A stretch of 59,201 nt of DNA from Candidatus Thalassarchaeaceae archaeon. GTDB taxonomy: Archaea > Thermoplasmatota > Poseidoniia > Poseidoniales > Thalassarchaeaceae. Shown piece after piece: positions 35,076 through 45,435 of this stretch. The notes below the pieces were generated by a model. It worked only from the letters and a program-made list of their open reading frames with translations. It was not told the origin of the DNA and did not search any database. How positions within the stretch are numbered: the stretch's first letter is position 1; the number at the start of each line of letters is the position of its first letter. The stretch spans positions 1-59,201 of the forward strand of contig CBFIAW010000002.1 in the NCBI GenBank assembly GCA_965660655.1, given 5' to 3'. A program made the position numbers and the translations under genes.

Positions 35076-38000
35076 ATGACCAATAGCCCCAAAATTGCGG
35101 AAATGGATATCGACAGGCTTGAGTCTGAGCGCTCGACATACTACGAAATACTGGACGAACGGATAGAGGAGGCTTATGCGATTGCTACAGAAGCAAAGAA
35201 GAAGGGTTTGGACTTTTCAGAGTCGGTTGAAATTACTAGAGCATCCGATCTAGCAAGTAGAACGGAGAAGCTTCTCGAAGACCCGTATCTATTCACCGAT
35301 CCAATAAAGCGTGAACACCCGCCACTGAAGATTGAGGATCAGTTGAGGGGTCTTCTTCGGGAGCACGATAGGGAAACGGCTGCAATCATGATTGCGATTT
35401 CTGTGACAAAGGAGATGCATGCTGCGACCGGTGATAGGAGGAGAGCGATAGACTCGGGCCTAAGAGTTGGTCTTGCAGTGCTTACCGAAGCCGTTCTAGT
35501 TGCTCCTTTGGATGGGATCGGAGAAGTCAGGATAATGAACAACGCTGACGGTTCTGAGTTTCTTTCTATCGACTTCTGTGGCCCCATAAGGGCCGCAGGA
35601 GGGACTGCACAGGCCCTAGGTGTGCTCATTGGAGATATTCTTCGTAGAGAAATAGGCGTAGGTAGGTACCTTCCCACGGTTCCTGAAGTAGAGAGGGTGA
35701 AAGAAGAGTTTGGACTATATCGTGCCAATCTCCAATACAAACCACCACCCGAAGAGACGGAGGTAATCGTCAACGAGTGCCCTGTTATGATTAACGGTGA
35801 AGAGACCGAGAAGATGGAGTGTGCTGGCTACAAAGAAGTCAGGAACATAGTGAGTGAAAATGGGGCCTTCAGAACAAGAGTGAGGGGTGGTGTGATGCTG
35901 GTAATCGGAGAGGGGCTTTGCCTCAAGGCGCCAAAAATCCAGACCCATACGGAGAGGCTGGGCGTCCCTGGTTGGGAGTTCATTTCGAAGTTCGTTGATA
36001 AGAAAAAGGGAGGGGTTTCGAATGGTTCAGAGAAGAAGCGAAGATCGATCCAAAAAGAAGGCAGGTACATGGAAGACGTGATTGCTGGGAGACCGGTCTT
36101 TGGCGAACCACGTGAACCTGGTGGATTCAGGCTCAGATACGGTAGAAGCAGGGCAACTGGACTTGCGGCTGCTGGCCTAAATCCGATTACAATGGAAGCT
36201 ATGGGCGGATTCCTTTCTGTAGGGACTCAGATGAAGATTGAGGGTCCCGGGAAAGCCTGTGCTGTCACTCCGTGCATTGAGATTGACGGTCCCACGGTGC
36301 TTCTGAAAGACGGCGAGTTCCTCAGGGTCAGGACCGAAGAAGAGTGGGGGAAGTGCGAAGGAGAGTTAGCCTCAATCTGGGATGCCGGCGAGATTCTTCT
36401 TGGGTTTGGTGAATTCCTGGAGAACAACAAATCTCTGGTACCCTCCTCCTATTCCGTTGATTGGTGGTCGGTTGACGTTGCTGATTCACTTGACACACAT
36501 GATAAGGTCGAGGAATTCGCTGTGATAATTGGGGTTCGGAGGGACAAGTTCCCCTCGGGGATGCCCTTCAACGGGGCAATAAAACGCGGAGGCGAGTCTG
36601 CTGTGAAGAGGTCTTGGAGGCGAAGAGAATGGATTTCTTATCTCAAGACCTTGGAACTTTCTTGGATTCAGATCCAGAAAATCTCCGAGCGTTTCGGCAC
36701 TGCAGTCCCCCCTCCATGGAACCATTGGTGGTCTGATCTGCCGATCCAGTTCGTTCCCCCATTAGTTGATGCAATAATAGAGAAAGGGTTCATCGAAGAT
36801 TCATCGCTTAGGATCAGAGATACGGTCAATGGCTGGCCTTTCTCGTTGGAAAGCCATTCACTTGGAATTGGTCAACCAATCTTGGGGGGGTGGCCTCGTT
36901 GGACGGAAGTATCGCGTCACGGATTGGTCAAATCCTCGCTAATGACACTTGGAATAGAGCATCGCCACGAAGGCCCCGACATTTTGATTCCAAAGCACTG
37001 GGAGAGTCTACTAGATGGGTTGGGCATAGGGACCTCACAGGGACGTGTGTCTATCAGAATCGATGTGAAGCCGATCGTTTCTGAGATTGCAGGCAGAGTG
37101 TCAAAATGCTTTGATATCATTCAGTCGTCTGGAGATGCAGAAGGAGAAAGCTCCGAAGAGTCGAGAGCACGTAGTAAGATAGACGATTATCTAGTTGAGC
37201 GGTCCCTCCAACTGGTAAGGAGAGTTTCTGATCTTCCCAGGTGGGAGGACTCGGTCCCTTGCAGAATTGGAGCGAGGATGGGCAGACCGGAGAAGTCAGG
37301 AGCTAGGGAGATGAAGCCGCTCGTCCACTCAATCTTCCCCATTGGCGAGAACGGTGGTCCACAGAGACTGATGTCAGAAGCCTCCTCAAAGGGGACTATC
37401 AGAGTCACAGTTGGTCCAAGAATATGTCAGACCTGCGGGAAGGAGACATCACAAATCACATGCCATCACAGACCTAACCCTGAGGAGCCAGTGGAATGCG
37501 GAGGGAGAACCGTCAGCTCTCCGAGAAAGCGAAGAGGCAGGAGGAAGGGAGAGAGGACTGCGATCAATCTGGGTTCGATTATCGAGGTTAAGAGGAGGAA
37601 GCTTGGTCTTGACAGGATCCCAAAGAAGATCAAAGCCGTCAAAGGATTGATCTCGGAAGAGCAGTCGCCAGAGCAGTTGGAGAAGGGAATCCTGAGAGGT
37701 CTGCACGGAGTTTCCGTTTTCAGGGACGGGACTTCCAGATTCGACATGAGCGATGTCCCAGTAACTCACTTCCGACCATCAGAGATCGGCACCCCATGGA
37801 AGAGGCTGGTGAAATTGGGGTACGCTCATGATTTCTTGGGGGAACCATTGAGAAATGATGACCAGATTCTGGAGTTGCTCCCTCAGGACTTCATTCCCTC
37901 TAGCCTGGGTTCGGAACACCTTCTGTCCACTTGCTCGTTTGTCGATGACCTGCTCGTTAGGTTCTATGGAATGGGTCCTTTCTACGAAACGAAGAGCCTA

Positions 38001-38939
38001 CAAGACCTCGTGGGCCATATCGCCATTGGGCTCGCCCCCCATACCTCAGGAGGTGTTGCATGCAGAATCATCGGATGGACAGATGCCTCTGCTGGATATG
38101 CCCATCCTCTCTTCCATGCTGCAAAGAGAAGGAACTGCGATGGTGACGAAGATAGCATTATGATGCTAATGGACGGTTTGCTAAACTTCACTCAGACGAT
38201 CCTACCTGCAAACAGGGGCGGCAGAATGGATGCCCCCCTAGTCCTCACAACTAGACTGAATCCCAGTGAAATTGACAAGGAGGCATTGAACGTCGACTGC
38301 TCATGGTGCTACACTAGAGAATTCTACGAGGCGACTCTTAGCCAGCCGCACTCAAAGGAAGTCAGGAGATTGGTGGACCTAGTTGAGAACAGACTTGGGA
38401 TGATTGGGGAGATTCGTGGTTATGGGTGGACTCACGATTCAGGACCATTGGATGCAGGCCCAGAAAACTCCTCTTACAAGACCCTCGTCACCATGAAGGA
38501 CAAGTTAGACAGTCAATTGAGCCTAGGGAGGGTCCTGCGTCCTGTTGCTGCTGAGAGAGTTGCAAAGCAAGTAATTGAGTCGCACTTCCTGCCAGACATG
38601 AGAGGAAATCTGATGGCATACACGAGACAGAAGATTCGATGCGTGAAGTGCGGCGAGTCGTATCGAAGGATGCCGCTGGCAGGGAAATGCATCAAACAGA
38701 AGTCTAGGCCTTCTGGAGGTTTCACAGGAGGGGGCATGGACTCCGGTTGTGGTGGCAATGTGGTGCTCTCAGTTTCAGAAGGAGCGGTGAGGAAATATAT
38801 CCAGATCACTGAAGAAGTCATGGAGGAATATGGCGTGGATGACTACACCAAGCATAGGGTCGGGTGGATGTCCTCGAGTGTAGACTCGTTATTCAACAAC
38901 GACAGAGTCACCGTGATGACGCTCGAGGACTTCATCTGA
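35076..38939 (+). CDS. polC: DNA polymerase II (PolD) large subunit DP2
   Basis: 1287 aa. RLRYGRSRATG, GRPEKSG.REMKP, Zn modules (CQTCGKE..C, CVKCGESYRR), HPLFHAAKRRNCDGDEDSIMMLMD and GGRMDAPLVLTT are hallmark DP2 motifs. No intein-like insertion is evident. Confidence 0.95.
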   Translation: MTNSPKIAEMDIDRLESERSTYYEILDERIEEAYAIATEAKKKGLDFSESVEITRASDLASRTEKLLEDPYLFTDPIKREHPPLKIEDQLRGLLREHDRETAAIMIAISVTKEMHAATGDRRRAIDSGLRVGLAVLTEAVLVAPLDGIGEVRIMNNADGSEFLSIDFCGPIRAAGGTAQALGVLIGDILRREIGVGRYLPTVPEVERVKEEFGLYRANLQYKPPPEETEVIVNECPVMINGEETEKMECAGYKEVRNIVSENGAFRTRVRGGVMLVIGEGLCLKAPKIQTHTERLGVPGWEFISKFVDKKKGGVSNGSEKKRRSIQKEGRYMEDVIAGRPVFGEPREPGGFRLRYGRSRATGLAAAGLNPITMEAMGGFLSVGTQMKIEGPGKACAVTPCIEIDGPTVLLKDGEFLRVRTEEEWGKCEGELASIWDAGEILLGFGEFLENNKSLVPSSYSVDWWSVDVADSLDTHDKVEEFAVIIGVRRDKFPSGMPFNGAIKRGGESAVKRSWRRREWISYLKTLELSWIQIQKISERFGTAVPPPWNHWWSDLPIQFVPPLVDAIIEKGFIEDSSLRIRDTVNGWPFSLESHSLGIGQPILGGWPRWTEVSRHGLVKSSLMTLGIEHRHEGPDILIPKHWESLLDGLGIGTSQGRVSIRIDVKPIVSEIAGRVSKCFDIIQSSGDAEGESSEESRARSKIDDYLVERSLQLVRRVSDLPRWEDSVPCRIGARMGRPEKSGAREMKPLVHSIFPIGENGGPQRLMSEASSKGTIRVTVGPRICQTCGKETSQITCHHRPNPEEPVECGGRTVSSPRKRRGRRKGERTAINLGSIIEVKRRKLGLDRIPKKIKAVKGLISEEQSPEQLEKGILRGLHGVSVFRDGTSRFDMSDVPVTHFRPSEIGTPWKRLVKLGYAHDFLGEPLRNDDQILELLPQDFIPSSLGSEHLLSTCSFVDDLLVRFYGMGPFYETKSLQDLVGHIAIGLAPHTSGGVACRIIGWTDASAGYAHPLFHAAKRRNCDGDEDSIMMLMDGLLNFTQTILPANRGGRMDAPLVLTTRLNPSEIDKEALNVDCSWCYTREFYEATLSQPHSKEVRRLVDLVENRLGMIGEIRGYGWTHDSGPLDAGPENSSYKTLVTMKDKLDSQLSLGRVLRPVAAERVAKQVIESHFLPDMRGNLMAYTRQKIRCVKCGESYRRMPLAGKCIKQKSRPSGGFTGGGMDSGCGGNVVLSVSEGAVRKYIQITEEVMEEYGVDDYTKHRVGWMSSSVDSLFNNDRVTVMTLEDFI

Positions 38940-39936
38940 TTAGATATGCCAGAGGGTCACCGAGGAGAAGCATCGGCAGAATTGCCAAGAACAGATACAC
39001 TAGGAAGGGGTGCTTCCTAGTTATCCAGACACTATCTATTCCCAATTCCTCCAGAAGTGACAGCTCTGCTTCTTTCGCCCTGTCAAAGGTCGACTTTCTT
39101 GATGGGAGTATTCGGTTCACAACGGTGTTCTCACCATTCTTCTGGATGACTTCTGTGAGTATCCATGAAGGATTATCGTCCATCTCTGAGGTTTCCCCGA
39201 GTTCTGAGATGCTCTTCTTAGTGGCGTGCCACGCCATCTTCAGATCGGAGATCGAGCCTATGTTCCCCCTTGCCGCATTGTGGACGAAAATAACTGGTGG
39301 TGCAATGAGGAAGGCGGCTGCAGCCCAAATGAACATCACCATCGACGGGGGCATCCTGAATATTGGGTCTTCGGCTAGTGGGTATATCTGCTCGGGGACG
39401 AAAGCCCACGAGGGGAAGAAGAGTGTGACTAGAATTAGTGCCTTCACATCCGCTCCCCCCTGGATAAGGCCTAGCCTCCACGAGAAGTAGAAGACGGTTG
39501 AAGTCAGCAATGCACCAACCATGCTCCACCAGAGTGTAGTGTTTTGAGCCTCATCCCCGAGGACCAAATCGACGAAGTCGGTTTCGGAGTAGGAGACAGC
39601 CCCTCCGACGAGGCCTGCCATTCCTAGGACATAGGCAATTGAGAGAAGCTTCTCTTGCCCGCTCCATTCTCTGAGATTCCTGGGGTCTGGGGGATCTGCG
39701 AAGCAAACGGAGAAAATGGAAACAATGGCCATAGCCATGCAAATGTTAGCGAAACCAGCGTCATCTGAGGCCATCTCAATAATCAGGACTAGCGCCGCTG
39801 GGATTGACCATCTAACCCAGTGGCTATCTCTGACAGAAAGTGTCTGGAAGTCCGAACGAGCCGCGGTTGCCATGCAAAGGACGAGCAATGAAATCCTGAG
39901 AGTGGAGAATAGGGGGTCGGCCATGCCAAGAGGCAA
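38932..39936 (-). CDS. flaK: Preflagellin (archaellin) signal peptidase, A24 family, FlaK/ArlK-like
   Basis: The first catalytic Asp context is AARSDFQTLSVRD and the second is LIQGGADVKALILV (GxGD-type). Polytopic, with a C-terminal soluble extension. Sits at the end of the archaellum locus. Confidence 0.75.
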   Translation of the reverse strand: MPLGMADPLFSTLRISLLVLCMATAARSDFQTLSVRDSHWVRWSIPAALVLIIEMASDDAGFANICMAMAIVSIFSVCFADPPDPRNLREWSGQEKLLSIAYVLGMAGLVGGAVSYSETDFVDLVLGDEAQNTTLWWSMVGALLTSTVFYFSWRLGLIQGGADVKALILVTLFFPSWAFVPEQIYPLAEDPIFRMPPSMVMFIWAAAAFLIAPPVIFVHNAARGNIGSISDLKMAWHATKKSISELGETSEMDDNPSWILTEVIQKNGENTVVNRILPSRKSTFDRAKEAELSLLEELGIDSVWITRKHPFLVYLFLAILPMLLLGDPLAYLIR

Positions 39937-39969
39937 CGGGCTGGCGACATCAAGGCTTCTGCGCTATCT

Positions 39970-41778
39970 CTATCCGCCGGATTGGAACAACCCGACCGAT
40001 TGGTCGAGTATCCAAGCGCTGAAGAAATTCGCTATGCCGGCTATCCACATCATCTGGATCATCTGCCCCAGAACTAGGGTTGTTCCCCCTCCTCTGATTC
40101 TCGCAGTGATTAGTCCAAGAACCAAAATTGTAATGACGATGAGTCCCGAACCCATGTAGTTGAAGACTGCAATGTTCTGGTCTATACCACCTGTCTCCGC
40201 TAGAGCTGGCAGAGCCACGTCAACCCCACCTGACGCGGTCCCTACCTCACCTGTGCTGTCCACTAGCCCCTGGGCAACCGATGCGATGGTCTCCCCCAGG
40301 CCGGAGATGATGGAGGTGGTGATGTTCAGCGCTATAATCATGGCAATCAGCAGACCGTAGGATACGCTTCTCATCACGTTGGCCGAAATCTGCCTCCTCT
40401 GGCGTAACCCGAGGAGGGTGGTCGTGCTCTGGGAGACCATGTCGCCCACCAGACCCGGCATACCAGTCGAGGAGGAGCCCTCGATGAACACTCTTGTGAA
40501 ACGCGAGACGAGCATCGAGTTGTTGTCCGCTGCGAACCAATCCCATGAGTAGTCGCTGTCGATCCTCATCGATAGCCTCTTTTCCAGATTTGAGATGGAA
40601 TCGTCGAGGGCCCCGAAGTCGATTCCCGAGAGTGCCTTCACCATTGCGCTCGGCTCCTGTGCCCTAGCCTGAGCCGTCCCTCCGAAAGCCCTGATGAACT
40701 CTGGGAATGCATCGTCCCTCCTCCTAACTCGCGTCTCCTCCTGAGAGGTGATCATAGAGGGTGCGAGGAGCGGGGACATCATTGCTGCGATAACCAGCAG
40801 ACCGTAGTATTTCCATTGGGCGAAAAGGATGTCTGTCCCGTAAAAGACGAACACTGTGATAAGTAGGAAGAACATTATGACTGCAAGAACGCCAGCGAAC
40901 ATCCACGATCGCCGCATGTCAATCGATTGATCGGTATTGAAGCCGTGCTTGGCGAACAGGTCCTCATCCGGAATCACTAGGGTGAAGAGGTACCATGCAC
41001 CTATCTGTAGCAAGCCGAATAGGGTCCCGGCCATCAAGACCCATCTGGCTCTGAAGACCACTTCGAACCAGTTGTCTGTCTCTGATCCTGTCTGGAAGAG
41101 GATAAGGTGCAGACCGGCGACCACAAGAAGGAGGAGTCCCGTGGTGGTCAGTGAGACGAAGGTCTCCCTCAGGGTGTCCAACTGCTCCAGCCTGGCGTCG
41201 TATATGGTGGTGTAGGCCTGCTCGAAGGTCTCGTTCTCGCTGGTGAAGAACTCCCCGATTGGTTGGCCGACCTCCACTGAGAATGCCATCCTGTCAAGGA
41301 AATCGCTCCAGATTTCGGATGGGCTCTGACGGCCCACTATCCTAGCAGCCTCTGGGAGGTTTGTGTGCCATTTGGTGACTAGTGTCTCAATCGCTTGTAT
41401 CTCGTGTGCGAGCGCACCGTAGTCACCCATCTCCTTGAGGACGTCGAACATCCCCTTCTCGGCTGACTCTCCCATGGAGAGGATTCCCATCCTGGTCATG
41501 AACATGTGCATGTCCTGCTCAATCTGAATTGCCTCAGCGGAGACCTGTGCCACTGGGTATGCTATCGTTCCAGCGAAGGCGAGAAGCGGGAATAACAGCA
41601 CCAATCCGACGGCGGCCGCTCCTCCGATGGAATCGCTTACCGAAAACCAAACAGATAACCCTGCTATTAGGCCGATGATTACTGCTGGCAGGGAGAAAAC
41701 CATCAGATACCTACTGAAGGGCATCCCGAGACGCAGGAGAGCGATTTCCCACAGGCTGGCCTTTTCCTCCATCTTCAC
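39970..41778 (-). CDS. flaJ: Archaellum assembly membrane platform protein FlaJ/ArlJ
   Basis: 602-aa polytopic protein with two T2SS-F-like halves, immediately downstream of flaI. Confidence 0.8.
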   Translation of the reverse strand: MKMEEKASLWEIALLRLGMPFSRYLMVFSLPAVIIGLIAGLSVWFSVSDSIGGAAAVGLVLLFPLLAFAGTIAYPVAQVSAEAIQIEQDMHMFMTRMGILSMGESAEKGMFDVLKEMGDYGALAHEIQAIETLVTKWHTNLPEAARIVGRQSPSEIWSDFLDRMAFSVEVGQPIGEFFTSENETFEQAYTTIYDARLEQLDTLRETFVSLTTTGLLLLVVAGLHLILFQTGSETDNWFEVVFRARWVLMAGTLFGLLQIGAWYLFTLVIPDEDLFAKHGFNTDQSIDMRRSWMFAGVLAVIMFFLLITVFVFYGTDILFAQWKYYGLLVIAAMMSPLLAPSMITSQEETRVRRRDDAFPEFIRAFGGTAQARAQEPSAMVKALSGIDFGALDDSISNLEKRLSMRIDSDYSWDWFAADNNSMLVSRFTRVFIEGSSSTGMPGLVGDMVSQSTTTLLGLRQRRQISANVMRSVSYGLLIAMIIALNITTSIISGLGETIASVAQGLVDSTGEVGTASGGVDVALPALAETGGIDQNIAVFNYMGSGLIVITILVLGLITARIRGGGTTLVLGQMIQMMWIAGIANFFSAWILDQSVGLFQSGG

Positions 41779-41786
41779 CCGTCCCC

Positions 41787-43535
41787 CTAGTGATTAATTC
41801 CTGTCCAAGTCTCCAATGAAGAAGCGAATCTGTCCCACCCTTCCTTGAAGTAAATGTCCAGAAGGTCGAACACATCGTCGTAGTGGGTCAGATCGCGGTC
41901 ACACATCCTCTGTATTGCCTCGGTTCGCCGCTGGAGTTCGTCGTAGATGTCCCTCTTGCTGCGGAAACCCATCCTAGGGGCTATTTTGTTCTCGAGCATG
42001 TCCGATTGGAACATCCCCCTGAAGTAGACCTCGTCTGCTACAGGATCCCACTCGAACATGTTCCTGGTCAAGATGCCGTCTGCGGTCTTGTCGAAGCCGA
42101 TGACCTCGCTGACCCCGGTAATCCTCCTGGCTATTCCCCCTCCCGGGGCCTCGACGACCTCTTGGAAGATCGCGAAATTGAGATTGTCGAAGAAACGTGC
42201 AGGGACGTTGATTGGGTCTCCGGTGAACCTCTGGATGAGCTTCACAATATTGGAAGCGTGGAAGGTCCCGACAACAGGGTGTCCAGTCTGCATAGCTTGG
42301 AAGGCGATCGCCCCCTCGACTCCTCGGATCTCCCCGATAATGATGTATCTGGGCCTGGATCTTAGTGCCGCCTTCAGCAGGTCGAACATCTCGACACGGG
42401 AATCCTCGTTCTTCGATTCCCTAGTTATCAGTCGCTGCCAGATGGTGTGGGCCACCTTGACCTCGGGTGTGTCCTCGGCGGTGTAGATCTTGACGTTGTG
42501 ATCGATGAATGGGAGAATTGCATTAAGGGTCGTGGTCTTTCCGGATGCCGTCTCTCCAGAGACAAGCATGGACATCCCCGACTCGAGGCCCAGCCAGATG
42601 TATGCGGCCATCTGGGCCGAGAGTGTCTTCCACTTGATCAGCTGGATAATCGAGATTGTCTCCTCCGCGAACTTCCTAATAGTGAATGAAGAGCCTTGGA
42701 TTGAGACATCGTCGCTGTAGATAATATTGATTCTCGAGCCATCCAGCAGGGCACCGTCGACAATGGGTTTGCTGTCGGAAACGGGCCTACCGATCCTCTC
42801 CGACATGGATCTGAGGTACTTGGTAAGGAGGTCCTGGTCCTTGAATGCGATATTGGATGTGAGCATAGGGAAGACCTTGTGGTCCATGTTGATCCTCGAA
42901 AGGCCAATGGAGTGAATGTCCTCCAGCATCTCGTCGGCTAGTAGTGTCTCAAGGGGGCCGTTGTTCACCAGATCCCTCACAACCACGTACTTCAGGCGGT
43001 CCAGCTGATCTGGCGTTACCTTCAATGGGGCCTCGCCCAGACCAATGAGTTCCCTAGCTTGGTTGATAATTGGATTCGACAGGATTGACGAGGTCGTGGT
43101 GGTGGTCATCTCATCCATCATCTCGTGAATCATTATGATGAATTCCTCGTCGTCATCGAATCTCTCCTTCTGGGGGGCGTCTCGGAGGAGGCGCTCCACG
43201 ATATTGTCCCGGATTTCCTCCTCCTCCATTGTGATGGTTGGCTCGAGACCGAACCAGAAGGTGTTGCCCGCCCCCTCGGCACCCTCCGGAGGGGAGTAAA
43301 CGTGTGCGAAGCATGGTGGCTTGGTAGCGTAAATCAGGTTCCGAGGACTGACGCTCTTTGCATCCCTATCGAGTGGCCCGTAGTATATCGGCCTAGAACC
43401 GTGCTTTGCTTCGAACTCCTCGATCCATTCTCGGATGTGTGGGAATTCTGCCATCAAGCCGCCCAAGTCTCCCGGTTGTATGTTGAAAGTCGGCTTGTCG
43501 GGTTTTTCTTCGCCTGCTTCCTGTTCCGTGACCAT
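41787..43535 (-). CDS. flaI: Archaellum ATPase FlaI/ArlI (secretion superfamily ATPase)
   Basis: Walker A is LVSGETASGKTTTLNA. Also YTAEDTPE, IIIGEIRGVEG and GHPVVGTFHAS (Asp/His boxes). Confidence 0.9.
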   Translation of the reverse strand: MVTEQEAGEEKPDKPTFNIQPGDLGGLMAEFPHIREWIEEFEAKHGSRPIYYGPLDRDAKSVSPRNLIYATKPPCFAHVYSPPEGAEGAGNTFWFGLEPTITMEEEEIRDNIVERLLRDAPQKERFDDDEEFIIMIHEMMDEMTTTTTSSILSNPIINQARELIGLGEAPLKVTPDQLDRLKYVVVRDLVNNGPLETLLADEMLEDIHSIGLSRINMDHKVFPMLTSNIAFKDQDLLTKYLRSMSERIGRPVSDSKPIVDGALLDGSRINIIYSDDVSIQGSSFTIRKFAEETISIIQLIKWKTLSAQMAAYIWLGLESGMSMLVSGETASGKTTTLNAILPFIDHNVKIYTAEDTPEVKVAHTIWQRLITRESKNEDSRVEMFDLLKAALRSRPRYIIIGEIRGVEGAIAFQAMQTGHPVVGTFHASNIVKLIQRFTGDPINVPARFFDNLNFAIFQEVVEAPGGGIARRITGVSEVIGFDKTADGILTRNMFEWDPVADEVYFRGMFQSDMLENKIAPRMGFRSKRDIYDELQRRTEAIQRMCDRDLTHYDDVFDLLDIYFKEGWDRFASSLETWTGINH

Positions 43536-43547
43536 TCAAACCCCTCC

Positions 43548-44249
43548 TCAAGCAACTGCTGTGATGTCCACGATGAAACCCATCTCAGGCATCACCTTCC
43601 AACCGATTCTCTCGGTCACTGGCCCGGCGGCCCTGAGGAACCTAGTTACCCCCACCGTCCTAACCAACTGCCCTCCGACGACTGAAGTCATCATGTCCAA
43701 GACTACCTCCGCGGAGTTCTTCATGCCCCTGAGGATGTCATTGTCCATCTCTTCTGGATCGATCGTGAGGATCAGGGTTCGTCCCTCTGATGTGAATCTC
43801 CTCAGGGACACCATTAGCTCCTTGCTGGACATCTCCTCCGGCATTAGCTCGGATGCCCTGTCGATTACGACGACCTCGGCATCCTTGGAGGCTGGGGAAT
43901 CCAGTATATCCAACAGAGTGACGTTCTCTTCGGAGGGCTCGGCAATGACTCCGAGGCTGGAAATCAAATGGAAGGAGCCCTCGTCTATTCTCTTGTCCAT
44001 GTAGTAACCGATGCTGGCAACCTGCTCGAGCCAGCCTCTGGTAGTGAGCTCCGTGGTGTACAGAGCGACCCTGACGTCATTGGCCGTCATCCCGAATGAC
44101 ATTCGCTGACCTATGATGCTCTTGCCGGATCCTATCCCACCACACACTAGCATGAGTGCCCTGTTTGGGATTGCTGTGCCCATGCTCTGGCCCAGGCTGT
44201 CCTGGATGACCCCGAACTCGAAGTTGTCCACGTTAGGCTGGCTTGACAA
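43548..44249 (-). CDS. flaH: Archaellum RecA/KaiC-like ATP-binding protein FlaH/ArlH
   Basis: LVCGGIGSGKSIIGQRM Walker A, ~230 aa, located between flaG and flaI. Confidence 0.85.
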   Translation of the reverse strand: MSSQPNVDNFEFGVIQDSLGQSMGTAIPNRALMLVCGGIGSGKSIIGQRMSFGMTANDVRVALYTTELTTRGWLEQVASIGYYMDKRIDEGSFHLISSLGVIAEPSEENVTLLDILDSPASKDAEVVVIDRASELMPEEMSSKELMVSLRRFTSEGRTLILTIDPEEMDNDILRGMKNSAEVVLDMMTSVVGGQLVRTVGVTRFLRAAGPVTERIGWKVMPEMGFIVDITAVA

Positions 44250-44733
44250 TTCGGACTTCCTCCCTAAGTGTGTCTAGTCCCGTGTAACCGGTTGCTGTCG
44301 AGGAGACGCTGACTGTCATTGTTAGGTCATTATCCCCAGAGATTAGGTCAGTATCGAGGCCGGAATTGGTGAGTGTGAACTGGACTGTCTTGCCCGGTAG
44401 CCATTCCGTAGTGACCCCATCAGTGACTGTCACGGTCATGGTTGTGCCCCCTAGTGCAGCCCCCACCGAGTTGACGTCCAAGAAGGTGTCCCCCGAGTTC
44501 TGGAGGTGTATCTTCGCATCCTCACCCCCCTCCCAAGCTATGTTGATCGGGTCGCTGACCAGTGACACGCGCGTCCTGACGTCCTCCGCGCTCTGCTTGC
44601 CCCTCTCGTCGAGGACGTCATCCATGTCATCCCATGTCCCTAGGAGGATGCCGGAGACCAGTGCTGCAACAATCAGGCCAGTGCTGAGGAGGATTATCTC
44701 TGAAGGCCCGCTTGTCATTTTCTCTCTCCTCAC
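44233..44733 (-). CDS. flaG: Archaellum protein FlaG/ArlG
   Basis: The archaellin-like N-terminal helix is SEIILLSTGLIVAALVSGILLG, followed by a beta-rich domain. The position after flaF matches the euryarchaeal order. Confidence 0.6.
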   Translation of the reverse strand: MRREKMTSGPSEIILLSTGLIVAALVSGILLGTWDDMDDVLDERGKQSAEDVRTRVSLVSDPINIAWEGGEDAKIHLQNSGDTFLDVNSVGAALGGTTMTVTVTDGVTTEWLPGKTVQFTLTNSGLDTDLISGDNDLTMTVSVSSTATGYTGLDTLREEVRIVKPA

Positions 44734-45422
44734 GTTATGGTTACGGTCTCCGCGTCGTTGTAGTCGTATATAGCAAGGAAGGCCCTGTCTGGGTCGTGGT
44801 CGATTGCGAATCCGTGGGTGTTGGAATCCAGGGGGAATGCATCCGTGGATAGCTGCTCTCCCGGGAAAAGGTACAGGTTGGTGCCCGAATAGTGGGTAAC
44901 GAAGGGGATGAATGGGGTTCCCTGGTCTTTGGCCCCCGTGTCTGAGAAGGTTACGAAGATGTGCGAGAGATCGACCGTTTCAGAGCCTGTGTTCTGGATT
45001 GTGATGGTATTCTTATCGTGGAGTGAGGAAATAGTTCCGGTGGCATCGCCATTACCACATCCGTTAATGGTGATAACGTCGCCAATTTCGTATCCTGATC
45101 CCGGTTGTTCGACAGAAATAGAATCCACTGAACCCGTTGTTTGAGTTACCGACACTACTAGGCCGGTTCCGCCTCCAGTTGTTGTGCAGCCCCCTCCAGT
45201 GACGTAATCAGAACCGCTTAAGGTAACAGAAAGAGTGTTGGCGGGCCCTGTGGACTCAACCTTGTCAGTTACAGACAAGAGGTTCACCTGTGGCTCTGGA
45301 AGTTCGTACTCGGAGTTCTTCACCGACTCGTCGATGCTCTCGACCATGGTCACGGTCGCCATTCCGAACACCATTATGAAAACGGTGCCAACGACCATCG
45401 CGCCGACGCTGGACCCAGACAA
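44730..45422 (-). CDS. flaF: Archaellum protein FlaF/ArlF (with a Gly/Thr-rich insertion)
   Basis: N-terminal TM VGAMVVGTVFIMVFGMATVTMV plus a beta-sandwich-like remainder. There is a 4-nt overlap with flaG. Confidence 0.55.
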   Translation of the reverse strand: MSGSSVGAMVVGTVFIMVFGMATVTMVESIDESVKNSEYELPEPQVNLLSVTDKVESTGPANTLSVTLSGSDYVTGGGCTTTGGGTGLVVSVTQTTGSVDSISVEQPGSGYEIGDVITINGCGNGDATGTISSLHDKNTITIQNTGSETVDLSHIFVTFSDTGAKDQGTPFIPFVTHYSGTNLYLFPGEQLSTDAFPLDSNTHGFAIDHDPDRAFLAIYDYNDAETVTIT

Positions 45423-45435
45423 TCAAATCCCCCCC

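Noticed and set aside
35076-38939. Intein in the PolD large subunit
   Set aside because: The length (1287 aa) is within the intein-free range. I saw no block A/B (Cys/Ser...TxxH) or terminal HN-Cys/Ser/Thr pattern interrupting the conserved motifs.
43125-44004. 186-aa and 189-aa + strand ORFs opposite flaI and flaH, and similar ORFs opposite the archaellins (46326-46820, 47227-47676)
   Set aside because: They are antisense to genes with unambiguous motifs. Their Ser/Pro/Thr-rich composition is typical of shadow ORFs.
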